64,000 nucleotides of DNA from Octopus sinensis (taxonomy: Eukaryota). Shown piece by piece: positions 11,945-27,132 of this stretch. Both the position numbers and the translations under genes were made by a program. The first letter of the stretch is position 1; every line of letters begins with the position of its first letter. Under the pieces are notes generated by a model, which saw nothing but the letters and a program-made list of their open reading frames with translations, made no database searches and was not told the DNA's origin. The stretch spans positions 68,262,001 to 68,326,000 of the forward strand of contig NC_042999.1 of the NCBI RefSeq assembly GCF_006345805.1, written 5' to 3'.

Positions 11945-14900
11945 GTGTGTGTGTGTGTGAGACTTGAAACTGCATGGTAGTTGTAAATGAACAACACTGT
12001 CATACAAGTGGTGTTTTTTGTTTTTAATCTTCTGTGGAAACACACCCAGCCTTGAAGAAATATTACCTTTGCTTGGAAACAAGTGAGTGTTGGCAGCAAG
12101 AAGAGCATTCAGCCATAGAAAATCTTCCTCAATGTATTCTTACTGATCCAGAGAAGGATGGAAATAAGGAAATTAAAAGGATACTTTATATATATATATT
12201 TAAAAATTTGATTTTATTCGCCTTACTTTGAGCTGTGCAGATAACAATGGACTGACTTGGTGCTTCAACTTAAGTACCTAATTCAACTGAATCTTAATTA
12301 TATACTAGCAGTATCGCCCGGCGTTGCTCGGGTTTGTAAGGGAAATAACTATATAAGCATTTTTAGAGAGTTACTTCCCTTATATAACCCGAGCAAAAAT
12401 CATTAAAAATGCGGAAAAATGATGGTAAATTTTTTTTTAAATCATAGACTCATCGTAGATGCGTGCTAATACCCAGAAGGGCTCGATATGAATGATGACC
12501 ATAAGATACCCGCTTTTGGTTAAACTGCACTGCAAAATGTGGGAGTAGTTAGGAATCTAAATCTGAGGAGACAGAGTCTCACACACGCAACTTCAATTTT
12601 ATATATAAAGATATATATAGGGAGAGTTTACAAAAAAAACAAAAGATGAAGACAGGTGGTGTACAAAACAAACAGATGTATTAGTATAACACTCAGGAAT
12701 AGAAAAAGTCTTTTATGTTTCGAGCCTATGCTCTTCTACAGAAAGGGACACAGAAAAAAAACAAGGAGAGAAAAAAATGTGTGTAGTGGCTAACGATCTA
12801 TCATGGCGACTGACTTCGTACAGAAGGGTCACACACGAGAGGGAAGAAGTAGGGGAGATAACAAAGTAAAGATGACCCCCAACACGAAGGTGTGCGTGTG
12901 TATAAGAGAGTATGTCTGGACATGTGCGTGTATGTATGTGTAGGTGTGAAAATGTGGGATACACACAATGTACTCAAGTAGATGTGTAAGGAGTGCAGCC
13001 CATGAAAATTTAATCAAACAGTTGTATGAGATAATGAGCACAGTCCATAACCTCAATGATCAAACACCCTAGAGCATGAGGAAAATGTTTAACATGATCC
13101 CAGATTAAACTGAATCTGCATGAATGAGTCCTTAAAATATGACTGGCTGACTATCAGGGTCTTCAAAGCAGCATTATAGACCCCTGGCCAGATCAGTGCA
13201 CTGGGTCCTATAGTATTTATTATTAAGTTACCCACAGCATATATATATATATATATATATCAAAATTGGACTGCTGGGCAATTGACCAGGATGCACATCC
13301 CTTTAGACAGCACTGCAGGCTCCTTCACATAAAGCTACCGAGTCAAAGATTACTTTGATAGCAACAACATTTATTCAGTTCACTTATAAAACCTCAATAT
13401 ACAATGTTGTCATTCACTGTTCTTAATGTTTCTGTTTCACCTTACAGGCTCAAGAGGGAACAGTGAAGAGTTACCCCAAATTCAATGCTGATCAAGATTG
13501 TGAACTTCTAAGAGAAGCTATGAAAGGATTAGGTAACATATAAATAGATATTCTAATATTATTGCTTCATTTTACAAATGCCCTCTTTCAGGGTCGGATT
13601 AAGACCCATCAAGGCCAAGCCAAGCCAAGCACTTCAAAGATTTCGGTGACCCCATAAAAGATTATGTAATTCAAAATATAAACAATAACAAACCATGAAA
13701 TAAATTTTTATTTTTCAAAACGAAACAAAACAGTAAGAGGGAAAATAATGTGTATTTTTGTTTAATTCCACTTTATTTATATTTGAAAAGTTTCCTCCTA
13801 CTTTTTTGAATTGCAAGGTCTTTGATCAGATCCTCAAAATTAATCTTAGGTAACACATCTGCACCTATACTTCGTAGAGATAAAGGCATCATGAATATTA
13901 TTTTAGCAAGTTTAAAGTGATTTCTTTCATGCCATAAACCAATTGTTATTTTTGTGGCACCCTCTTCTTCCCTTGAAGCCCTTAGCACGTGCTTATTTTA
14001 CTCAATGGTTAATCCAGAACTGCCCTCTTTCCTCTCTATTTTGGTTTAAGAAAGGGTAAAGCAGATATTGGCTTTGATTCCTCTGATGTGTTGGTTTAGT
14101 TTAGCTTCAAGTCCGTTCTAATTCAGCAAGCTTAAGATGAAAGACATTCTTTCCACAACTGGCCTTAACCATCTTTTTTTTATTTTTTTTATCTTTTACT
14201 TGTTTTAGTCACTGCATTGCTGCCATGCTGGGGCACTGCCTTGCAGGGTTTTAGTCAAAAAAAAAAAAATCAACCCCAGTACTTATTTTTTAGTTTTGTA
14301 ATTTCTTTCAATCCTGGTAATTATTCTATTGGTCTTTTATGCCAAACTGCTTAGTTCCAAGGACATAGACAAACCAGCACTAGGTGTAAAGCAGTGGTAG
14401 GGACAAACCCAATCACATGAACACACTCATGCACACACACACACACACACACGTATGTATGATAGGCTTCCACACATTTTCTATCAACCAAATCTACTCA
14501 CAGCTTTTTGGTTGGCCTGCGGTTCTAGTAGAAAACACTTTCCCAAGGTACCATGCAGTGGGACTGAATTCAGAACTGTGTAGTTAGGAAGCAAACTTCT
14601 TACCACACAGCCACATCTGCACTTGTTCACCTTTTATATTTTTGAAACAAACTTAATATGTGTCTTGACATGTTGTGTTTTGTCTCCCCCCTATCCAGTC
14701 CTTTGTATAAATATATCTGGGTTGTTTACTGTTCAGTAGATTAGGAGATTGTTATCCAACTTAGAAACAAGCGGGAGTTAACGACAAAGGCATCCTGCTG
14801 CAGAGAACTCTACCGCTATGTATTCTTCTGTGATGGTCTATGTTATTCTTGGTTAACACTTTCGTTACCAACCCAGCTGAAACCGGCTCTGTAGTACAAA

Positions 14901-17900
14901 TGTCTTTTCGTAAATTTTGAATTAAAATCTTCCATCAAATCTTAGTCACAATTTGTGTTCTTAATGATAGCTAAGTTATTTTACTAAATTCTTTGTGATA
15001 TTTAAAATAATTGAAAGAGACACAGAGCTTCTCAAAATAAGCATATTAATGAAAGGGTTAATACTGTGATGGTAAAAGTTTTGCTTGACATATCAAAGTT
15101 AAAAACTTTTTTTTAATAATCCTGTTACTAGAGTGTCACATGTATCTGGGCTGGATAATGGACCCACTGAGCCTCTAAGCACTTAAAGGATTTTGGTACC
15201 CCCATATGTATGTAATTCAAACTATAAACAATAATAAACAATAAAATAAATTTTTATCTTTCAAAAGGAAACAGAACTAATAGTAAGCTGGAAAATGTTA
15301 ATTTTTGTATACTTCCATTTCATTTATATTTGAAAAGTTTTCTCTTATTTTTTTAATTGCAAAGTCTTTTACATTATTTACATTCGACGGATATTTGTCC
15401 TCATCTTGTTTGTTGTCAGGACAGTATTCAAGAGTAATACAACACTTCACAAATATCTCCTTCAAGTAAAACCACCAATAGAAGAGAATATGACCAAAGA
15501 CTGTGTGTATTCCATCCCATGCAGCTGTGGCAGGTTATACAAAGGCGAAACATGCCGCTTCCTCAAAATAAGGGTAGACGAACATCACAAAGCTGTGACA
15601 CGAGATATTGATAAATCGGGCATAGCTGATCATGTATGAAAAAATGGAGATCACCTGTGGTATGAAATTAAAATAATAGACAGATAACACCACTGGAAAA
15701 TACGAAAACTAAAAGAAGCAGCACATATGCTAGGACACAACAACCTCCTAAGCAGACCAAGTGCAGATATGAGCAGCATATGAGCAGCATATGGGAACAG
15801 GTAATAAGGAAGGATAGAAAAATATTTAGATTTATAAGCCCTAAAATTCACTCCATAATTGCCCATGGGCATATGGCATAGGGGTTAAGAGCACGGGCTA
15901 CTAACCCCAAGATTCTGAGTTCGATTCCAAGCTATGACTTGAACAAAAATAATAATAATAATAATATCAAAAAATACCTTATGAATGAGAACCCAGGTTT
16001 AAAATTTCCCCATTTACTATGTTCTTATTTTAATGGTTAACCAGGCTCTGATGTGTATTCATGTGTTTTAGGTAAGTATGTGCAGAGAAGTATTTGAAAA
16101 TGATATTGGGGGGATATTTTTTGGTTTCAACCTCCATTGCATGACCTCTAAAAGTACATGGCATGTTAATGCTGACACACATCATTAATCTAAAATTCTT
16201 CTGAGCTACATTATCTGATATCACCTTCCTTATGTCAGGAAAGTGTTAGGTGTAATTTAAAGGTAATTTAATTGCTGCTTGAAGAACACATTGTATAATG
16301 TATTTTAGATACATTATCATTATTTAATGGCCATTTTCCATGCTGGCATGGGTTGGACAGGAGCTAGTAAAACCAGGAGCTGCACCAGGTTCCGTTGTCT
16401 GTCTTGGCATGATTTCTATGGCTGGATGCCCTTTCTAATGCCAGCCACTTTACTCAGAGTACTGGGTACTTTTATGTGGCACTAGCATCAGTGCATTTCA
16501 TGTGTTACCAGCACTGACAGGATCACCAAGCAACTTGCAAGACAAAATTCTCTGGCTGGGAGTGGGGCGTAGTATTGAGGCAGGGGTGGCTTTGTGTTAC
16601 TTGAGAGATTAACGGTATTGAGGAATAAAGCGGCGAGCTGGCAGAAACGTTAGCATGCCGGGTGAAATGCATAGCCGTATTTCGTCTGCCGTTACGTTCT
16701 GAGTTCAAATTCCGCTGAGGTCGACTTTGCCTTTCATCTTTTCGGGGTCGATAAATTAAGTACCAGTTACACACAGGGGTCGATGTAATCGATTTAATCC
16801 ATTTGTCTGTCCTTGTTTGTCCCCTCTGTGTTTAGCTCCTTGTGGGCAGTAAAGAAATAGGTATTGAGGAACAAAGATAGGTGTCTTGTACTATGTTTAA
16901 ATAAAAGATAGGGTGATCACAATTGGAATACTCGATAAGGACTGACCTGGGCTAAATAACAATGATATTAGAACCTTGCTGATTATGGAATACTTTTTGT
17001 CTTTTCAGGAACTGATGAGGAAACAATTATAAATGTATTAGCATACAGGTCAAGCCCACAACGTCAAGAAATTTTGAAGAGATTTAAAACTATGTTTGGA
17101 AAGGTAAGATACAAGAAAATCCATTACTTGCAAAATAAATCTGGGAGTGAAGAGTGATGGACATAACTGTATGTCTCTAACATTGATGTAAGGGGCCACA
17201 GCCTCGTGGGAAAGATATAAATGATTAAATCGAGACACTGTGAAACTCATTCAACCCATGACAACACAGAAAAATAAATAGAAAACATGCAAGTGAAATT
17301 GGGAGGTGAACATTGCAAGAAGCCCATTTTATATATATATATATTCAAAATAAGCAACAAGGATATCCAAGGTAGTGTAGTACAATTGTTTCATGCTACT
17401 TTATTTTATTAAACACTGTAAGTATTACATCAGTTTTGCTCAACATTTTAAAACTGATGTAATACTCACAGTGTTTAATAAAATGAAGAAGCATGAAACG
17501 ATTGTACTACACTACCTTGGATATCCTTGTTGCTTATTTTGATTCTAATCACCCCATTTGATTTATATGGATAATACCATACAAAATTCTGGTGCCTTTA
17601 ACTTAAATACTATATTCATCTGAATCTAAATTTTGCTGAACTTATATATATATATATATGATATATGTGTGTGTTGGTGTTTTCTTCTTGTTTTCATGTG
17701 TGTTCCTTGAATCAAATACAAGGTCACTGCTCATACAAATGGTGTCATTTGTTTGCAATCTTCTTCAAGACATGTCCAGCAATTGGTCTGCAAGGACTGT
17801 GGAGAAACATTGGTTTTAAATTTTGGCACAAAGCCAGCAGTTTTGTGAGAGGGGTCAAGTGAATTAAATCAACCCCAGTGCTCAACTAGTACTTGTTTTA

Positions 17901-20900
17901 TTGAGCTTGAAAGGGATGAATGACAAAGTCAACCTTGGTGGAATTTGAACTCAGAACGTAAAAACAGATGAAATGTTGCTAAGCATTCTGCTCCGTAATG
18001 ATTCTACCAGCTTGCAACCATACCTGTGGGAGATATTACCTTGCTTGGAAACCAGTGTGGGTCAGCAACAGAAACAGTATCTAACCACAGAAAAACTTGC
18101 TTCAACAAGTTTTGTCTGATCCATACTGGTATGGAAAAGTGGATGTTAACCCTTTCATTACCATATTCATTTTGAGATGCTCTCTGTTTCTTTCAATTAA
18201 TTTTAAATATAGCAAAGAATTTAGTAAAATAACTTAGTTATCATTCAGCTAGTGTTAGAAACATAAATTGTGACTAAAGTTTGGTGGAAGATTTTAATTC
18301 AATACTTATGAAAACAAAAAATTTGTACTACAGTTTTGTACAAAGCCGGTTTCAGCCAAGTTGGTATCAAAAGGGTTAAGAATTGTTTCTCTATTATATA
18401 TTTAACCCTTTTGTTACCATATTTCTGTTGAGATGCTTTGTGTTTCTTTCAATTAATTTTAAATATAACAAAGAATTTAGTAAAATAATTTAGTTATTAT
18501 TAAGCTAGTGTTAGGAACATAAATTGTGACTAAGGTTTGGTGGAAGATTTTAACTCAAAACTTATGGAAACAAGACATTTGTACTATCGAACCAGAACTG
18601 GTTTCAGCCGGGTTCGTATCAAAAAGGTTAAGAATTGTTTCTCTTTTATATATTTTAGAATGATAGAATTAATAATTAGGATGGTGACAATTATGATGAC
18701 ATATATTTCTGTTCCTTCTCTATTTTAGGATTTAGTTGCAGAATTGAAAAGTGAACTGAGTGGTAATCTATGCGAGTGTGTGAAATCTCTATGTATGGCA
18801 CCAGCAGAATTTGATGCCAAGCACCTCCGAAATGCTATGAAGGTAAGTTCACATAATTCTTCTTTAGTGAATGATATATAACATACATATTAACTTTATA
18901 TATTTATCAAGGCGCGTGGCTCTGTGGTTAGAGCTTCGAACTTATGATCATGAGGTTGTGAGTTCGAATCCCAGACCTGGCTGTGTGTTGTTCTTGAGCA
19001 AGACACTTTATTTCACGTTGCTCCAGTTCACTCAGCTGTAGAAATGAGTTGCAACGTCACAGATGCCAAGCTCTATCGGACCCTTTGCCTTTCCCTTGGA
19101 TAACACTGGTGGCAGGGAGAGGGGAGGCCGATATGCATGGGCGACTGCTGGTCTTCCATAAACAGCCTTGCCTGGACTTGTGCCTGGGAGGGTAACTTTC
19201 TAGGTACAATCTCATGGTCAGTCATGACCGAAGGGGGTCTCAGCAGCAGTATTTATCAATCAACCTCTGTGCATAACCAGTAGGATGGCATCATTCAAAA
19301 GCTACAACAATGTAAGGAAGCACATTGTGACTAGTTGTGTATAACAACATTCGATAATTTGATTGATGCAGTGACCATATATGACGTGATTTACCTATCT
19401 AATAACTAATATGTAGTATAACTTGCATTTTGTATATATAACATATAATATACACCATAACTTAGTTATAACATATCTAGTATATAGTATAACTTAAGGA
19501 TTTTATATATAAAAAGGAATACAAAAAATGGGACAAGAACGCAAAACATCCAGGCAGATGATACAAAAAAGGGACAACAAAACATCCAGACAGATGATAC
19601 AAAAAAGGGACAACAAAGCATCCAGACAGATGATACAAAAAAGGGACAACAAAACATCCAGACAGATGATACAAAAAAGGGACAAGAAAAAACAAGGACG
19701 GGTCATTCGGAGTTTTCTTTCCTCAGTTGAGTTCCAGATTACCTTTGCAATTTCAGCTTGTTATACTTGAGATTGCTCCAATCTGGCCAGCCCCAAGGAA
19801 AAAACTAAGCTAAGAGCACTATGTCTAATATGTAATATATAGCATAACTTACATATTGCATGCCTAGTATTTAATATTTAATATAAATTACTCATCATAG
19901 ATTTACAAGACAGTATATGTAATTGTTTAGCTCCCAGGTCAGCCACAGGGTTGCCATTGATCAAGGTCAACTATACTTCTACACATGTATGGACAGGCCA
20001 GGGCAAGTTTTTTTTTTTTGTATTTTTTTGAGGGGGACCAGCAGAGGTGGGGAGATTTATGGGCATGCAAGCCTCCTCACTCTCCTTGGAACCAGCACTG
20101 CTTGATACTTTTGTTTTCACAAACGTTCTGTCAGAATGCAAGGAGCTGGAACAGATACTGCAACACAACTAGTCCAACCCTTTGACAATTCTACTAATCT
20201 ACTGCCTTAGACTGGTACATTTTTTTATTGACCCCCTAAAGTATTAAAGGTAAAGTTGACCTTGGTGGGATTTGAATTCAGATTGCAGGGGGTCAGAACA
20301 ATTACCAGGAGATATTGTATCCAACTCTCTATTGACTCTGTCAATTCACCAATTCAAGTCAATCCTGAATGCAAAGGTTTGTGTATTTTATTCAGCCATA
20401 ATATATCTAGGACTGTCCGATGTATCTTTCTTCATTTTAATACCGTGATGTGATTTGAAGGATACATGATTGCTATTTCTAGCAAGGTGTGTAATCATCA
20501 TTGATTCAATCAATGAGGTATCAAAGTTGTAACTTTATTTCCTTCTCAGCTGATGAACTCATTAAAACAACAATAGAAGCTACCATTTGATCTGTTTCAG
20601 AGAGTATATAAGCATATTTGCTTTTTTGCTTCTCTGTCATTCTAATTCAACAAGTATAGATAATTCAATATGGAAACAATAAGTTGTTCAGATTTATGAA
20701 TGTATTTGTAATTATATGTATTCGTGTATGTATAAAATTATCTCATAAACTTAGCAGTTTGACAAATAGAGATCAATAAAATCAGTACAACATTTAAAAT
20801 AAGTATTGGAATGATTATGATCAACTAAACCATTAGTGTTTCAGTATGGCCGCAGTCCAATGACTGAAACCAGTAAAAGAATGAAAGAAAAATCAAAGGC

Positions 20901-23900
20901 AGGGCACAGCCCTGGCTGTTTGGTTTAGAAGATACTTCCCAGCCATGCAACCATGGATTCAGTTCCACTACACAGCACCCTGGGCTGGTTAATGTCTCCT
21001 GCGCAGCTCCAAATATTACCTTGCTTGGAAGCAGATGAGGGTTGGAGACGGGAAAAGCACCCAGTTGTAGAAAATCTGCCTTATCAAATTCTAATTGACC
21101 CAGGCAAACAAGGAAAAAATTACATTAAAAAGATGATGATAATAGCATTGTTGAGGGTCAGTCTTCCCCAAATGATGCTTTTACGGGGGTGACACTTTTG
21201 GGATCTGCTGTATAAGGTTGGAGGGAGTGCATACTCAAGGGCTGCCCCAAGTGGCACACACTCTAGCTACGTTACTGGATAATGATGAATGTACCTACAT
21301 CCATTCAGCCAGTATCTCTTGTATTTCCTTTGTTGAAGGTTACCGTATTATTCTAGAAGAATAATCCCATCTCAGCGCATTATGTTTTATGAGTTACTCA
21401 GTTGCTGAAATTTCTTCCAGGGTCTTGGAACTGATGAAACCGTCCTTATTGAGATCCTCTGCACACGTTCAAATGCTCAAATCAAAGAAATCATTTCAAC
21501 TTATAAGAAAAGTAAGTTATAATAATAATAATAATAATGAAATTATTGAATACAGTGCTCAGGTGCACCACAACTTGTCAAAAGTGCATATAAAGTATAT
21601 GCGGTAATGTACAAATGTCTGGAAAGCGAACGGTGTATGAGTCAGATACATGCTTGCGTGTGTATGGAGGGGAGAAAATCAGGTGTAGTGTTGTCGAATC
21701 TCAGGAAGCATGGAAGTTTTGAAGGATGCAGTGCTCTGTCAGCTAACAACTGATGCCGGCAGTTTGTTCCATGCTTCAGCAACTCTTAGCGTGAAAATAT
21801 GTTTCCGAAAGCCATGGGAGCTGTGCTGTTTTCTGACTTTGTAAACATGTCTACGGGTGTTAAACAGATGGAGTAACTGATTCTGTTCCATCATTATGTA
21901 CAGTTACACATTTGTATGATTAAGAAGGGATGGGCATGGTTGTCTAACTAAAAGATTTGTTTTGAAATCATGTAGTTTTGGGGTGTCTGTCTCCTGCACA
22001 GTACCTTGGGAAAATGTTTTCTACTCTCACTCCAGGCTGACCAAAGGCTTGTGAGTGAATTTAGTTGATGGAAATTGAAAGATGCTCACAGAAATTTTTC
22101 TTAAGCAATAATATCTTTGTCAGTGACTTCGAAGTTTCAACCAGCGCGGCCATCATCCAGCAATGGCTTAGCTGTCTGAAATTTTGAAGTTACCGTCTGT
22201 GATATTCTTGTTTAAGAATAATAAATTTGCACTCTACATAAGAGTAGAGTAACCCATCAGATTAATGTAAAATTGTTTTTATCATAACGAACATTAATAT
22301 AAATATATATATGTGTGTGTGTGTGTGTGTAAATATATATTTTCTTTACTAGTTTCAGTGCAAGAGCTTCAGCCATGCTGGGGTGCTACTGTTACACACA
22401 CACACACACGTGTGTGTGTTCTTGACTTGATAGCATGTAATTGTTAATGATATTCATTTCCAATATTCTGTGAAAACCTTGTCTGACCATGGTTTTGGAA
22501 ATAGGTAAGAGTTGGTAACAGGAAAGGTATCTTGGACATAGAAAAATCTACCTCTTTAATCTGTTTGACATGTGCAAGCATGAAAAATTAGACATTGAAA
22601 TTATGGCATATATCTGTCTGTCTATATATATCCAAAGAAAACATCTGTTTTATATAAATGAGCAAGATATCTGTATATTCACAGAATTGTATTTGACAAG
22701 TTTGAAAGACAAACGAAAGCGCTAATATGAAAATGAAGATATAATATTAAAAAAAGTTCTTTCCAAAATTCTGACAAATTTTTTTCAATATTTAATTCTG
22801 TACATCACACCTAACACTACACACACACACACACAGGGTGTTTCAAAAAATTTAATATCATTTGAGATGTAAATATCACAGAAACTACATAGTCAAATCA
22901 ATTGAAACTAAACAAGCTTAATGTTGAGCAACATAAGGTTTATTCCTCCAAATTTCAATGAAAAATTCAAAGGTATGTGGATTCCATGAACTATTTCACA
23001 AATGTTCAATATGTGCACCACCTGAAACACGGCCCACGTCAAGTCGGTAGTCCAGCTCCTCCCAAACACACTGCAGCATGTCTTGGGTAACAGTCTTCAG
23101 TGCAGTAGTGATTCTCTGCTTGAGTTCCTCTAGGTTTGCAGGAAGTGGGGTGACATACACCAGGCCCTTCACATAGCCCCATGTTTGTACTTTCGCTGGT
23201 CATCTGCCATTATGGTCTGAATGAGCTGCAGCTTGTAAGGTTTCATTAGCAAGCATTTCCTCAGGATGCACCAAACTGTCGTTGGAAGGATTTGGGTTTC
23301 CAGACTTGTTCTGATGGACTTCTTGGGGCTTCACAAGAGTTTTTGGCGAACCCAGTCAACTGTCTCTTCCGATGTTAGTGGTCATCCAGATCCTTTTGCC
23401 CTGCACAGACAGCCTCCCTCTTTGAATTTTTTCTGCCATGTCCAAATTTGCATTCCTGTTGGTGACTTTTTAGAGAACTCCCTCGCAAATGCACCCTGAA
23501 CAGTCTTGCTCGACTGTGTCTGAGCATACCCCAACATACAAAATGCCTTTTTTCTTTCAGTGAATGCCATTTCTATACCTGAAAAGATAAACTTATCAAA
23601 CACTAAACATAAAATTTTAACCTGTTTCTACACATGCTGTTAAAATTTAAAGCTACTTGAACAAGAACTGGAAAAGTTATTAAATTGCGAAATGATATCA
23701 AGTTTTTTGAAACACCTTGTGTGTGTGTGTGTGAGTGTATATATGTATATATATATAGAGAGAGAGAGAGAGAAAGGGAGAATTTGCGAAAAAAGCAAAA
23801 GACAAAGACAGGTGGTGTACAAAACAAACAGCTGTAGTAGTATAATGCTCAGGAATAGAAAAAGTCTTTTACGTTTTGAGCCTACGCTCTTCTACAGAAA

Positions 23901-23985
23901 GGGACGCAGAAAAAAACAAGGGGAGAAAAAAATGTGTGTAGTGGCTTACGATCTATCATGGCGACTATATATATACTATATATAG

Positions 23986-24016
<31 letters not shown>

Positions 24017-27000
24017 GCATACACATGTCTGAGAAGTAAGCTTTTTAAATGCACTGCTACACTTGTACCTAAAATATTACTATTTTCTATTTTTATATTA
24101 ATAGTATTTATTTTTTTTCCCATGTTCTTTTACTCCTTCAGTTTTCAATCGAGACTTAGAGAAAGACATAATTTCCGAAACATCAGGACACTTCAAGAGA
24201 CTCCTTGTGGCACTGGTGACTGCCAACCGAAGCGAAAGCAAACAAGTGGACCGGAACAAAGCCAACCAGGATGCTAAAGCAATGTACCAATCCGGGGAAG
24301 GCAAATGGGGAACCGATGAGTCAAAATTCCATACCATTCTCATCACTCGGAGCTACCCTCAGCTGAGGGCCACATTTGCCGAATATGCAAAGATATCCCG
24401 TAAGAGCATTGAGGACGCCCTGAAGAGTGAACTCAGCGGAGATCTTTTGACTAGCATGCTTGCTATTGGTTTGTGTTTTGATTCTTTTTATTTGATTTTA
24501 TTCTTTTGCAAGTTTGTCATTCTATCGTGGCCATGCTGGGGCACCACCTTTAAGGATTTTGATAAATTATATCTATTATAGGTAAAGGCATGGCTGTGTG
24601 GTTAAGAAGTTTGCTTCCCAGTTTCATGGTTTGGGGTTCAGTCCCTTGCTTCCCATCCACATGGTGCCAGGTTTAGTTCCACTGTATGGCTCCTTAGGTA
24701 CATGTCTTATACTAAAACCCCAGGCTAACCAAAATCTTTTTAGTGGATTTTGTAGATGGAAACTGAAAGAAACCTCTGTGTGTGTGTTAATGTTTGTGCC
24801 TTTTTGTCTTAAGGTCATGCAATAGTTGTAAATGATTGTCTCTGTTATACAAGCAGTGTCGTTCATTTCCGATATTCTGCAACAACGTGTCCAGGAAATA
24901 TTACCTTGCTTGAAAACTGGTGATGGTTGGTTACAGGAAGGGCATTCAGCCATAGATTATCTCCCTCAATAAATTTCATTTGACCTTTGTAAGCATGGAA
25001 AAGTGAGCATTCAGGCGGTGCTCCAACATGGCTGCAGTCAAATGACTGGAACAAGTAAAAGGATAAAAGGATTAAAACAATGAAAAATGCTAGAAGTTGA
25101 GCTTCCGTTTGCATCTATCAAATTCACTCTCAAAGGATTGGTCAACCAGAGGTTATGGCCGAAGCCAGTTACCCATTGTTCCATGTGGGATTGAACCTAA
25201 AACCACTTAACTCAAAACAAATTTTTTTACCACTTGGTCATGCTTAGGTCAAAGTTTTTTGATGGAAAGGTGTCATGTAGCCTACCTTTATAACCCTTTA
25301 ACATTCAAATTACTGTCAAATGAAATGCTTATATGTTCACATTGTCGTCGCCATTTAACATCTGCTTTCCATGCTGGCATGGGTTGGACGGTTCGACTGA
25401 GGACTGTTCACATTCATTTGAATTTATCATGCATTATATTGTGGCTTCAAGATTTAGATGATGTGATTATTGGTTTTAGAATTACATTGTTTGTTAGGTG
25501 TGAGAGGTCAGATCTGGCCGGTTTGAACATTAAAACAGAATATCTAGGCCAGATATGTCCAGCATGAATACTAAAGGGTTAGGATGTGGGATAACAGTTT
25601 TTTTACTTTTCGGTTATTATTCATTTATCTGCTCCTCTAATCACCTTCCTCAATACTACATCTCCAATCGGTGGAAGGGTCTTGTCTTACAAGTGACTTG
25701 GTAATGTTACTGAAAAAGTACCCAGTACACTCAGTAAAGTGGTTGACAATAAGAAGGGCACCCAGCCATAGAAATCATGCCAAAACAGATATTGAAGGTT
25801 GGTGCAGTCTTTGGACACATCTGTTCCAGTTGAACTGTTCACCTTGTGCCAGTATGGCAAATTTAATATCAAATGGCGATAATGATTATCTGATTGTAAT
25901 CTGATGAAACCTATGATGCAGAAACTTAGAGTAGAAATAGGAAGAATAACCAGTAAATGCATGTATATATATATGTGTGTGTGTGTGTATAAAGAATAGT
26001 GAGAATTTACAAAAAAGAAAACAAAAGACAAAGTTGGGTGTGTAAACAACAAATAGATGTATTAGTTTAATACTCGGGAAGTGAGAAAGTCTTTTACGTT
26101 TCGAGCCTATGCTCTTTGACAGAAAGGAACACAGAAATAAACAGGGAAAGAATATATATATAACTATATATATAGTGAGAATTTACGAAAAAACAAAAGA
26201 CGAAGACAGGTGTGTAAACAACAAACAGACGTATTAGTTTAACGCTCGGGAAGTGAGAAAGTCTTTTACATTTCGAGCCTACGCTCTTCGACAGAAAGGA
26301 ACACAGAAAGAAACAGGGAGAGAAAATAAAAATGGTTTAGTGGCTAGCAATCAATCATGGCAAATGCTGGACAGAGGGGTCACAGAGGAGAGCTAGGAAG
26401 AAGGGGAGATGGCTTAAGGAACACCCATTGTGTACAGGACATCACAAACGAGTGAAAAATATGTAAACAAAATAGTACAAAATACACGATAAGTACAGGA
26501 CATCACCAAGGAGTGAAAAATACGTAAACACATAACGAGAGTTGAGTAAGGGATAAAATACCAAAAGAAGTCTTAACTCCTCTTCAGTTGTCAACTGTTT
26601 ATTATTACCTGTTTTGTTCTTTCAACAAATATATGTATGTATGTTATGTGTATATATATGTGTGTGTGTGTGTGTGTGAATATAAATATATAATCAAAAA
26701 ATAAGCAACAAGTATATCCAAGGTAATGTGGTACGATCGTTTCATGCTACTTCATTTTATTAAACACTAAGCATTACATCAGTTTTAAAATGTCTTAAAA
26801 TGTTCTTAAGGAGGAAATCAACCTCTCTGTCTGTATATCTACCCTCTTTATAATGTTGGCACATGAATTAGGGACAAGAATGTGCATTGTCTGATTGTTT
26901 GGAAAATTTCTAAAGGTGGCTGAAAATTGCTCAACATTTTAAAACTGATGTAATGCTTACAGTGTTTAATAAAATGAAGTAGCATGAAACGATTGTACCA

Positions 27001-27132
27001 CTTTACCTCAGATATACTTGTTGCTTATTTTGATTGTAATCACCCCATGGATTTATATGGATAATACCATACAAAATTCTGGTGCCTTTAACTTAAGTAC
27101 CATATTCATCTGAATCTAAATTTTGCTGAACT

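Noticed and set aside
15867-15940. tRNA gene candidates (also 18910, 32838, 38170)
   Set aside because: A/B boxes present but no complete cloverleaf; they continue into repeat bodies
19519-19692. 36-bp repeats resembling a CRISPR array
   Set aside because: No unique spacers, no cas genes, eukaryotic intron
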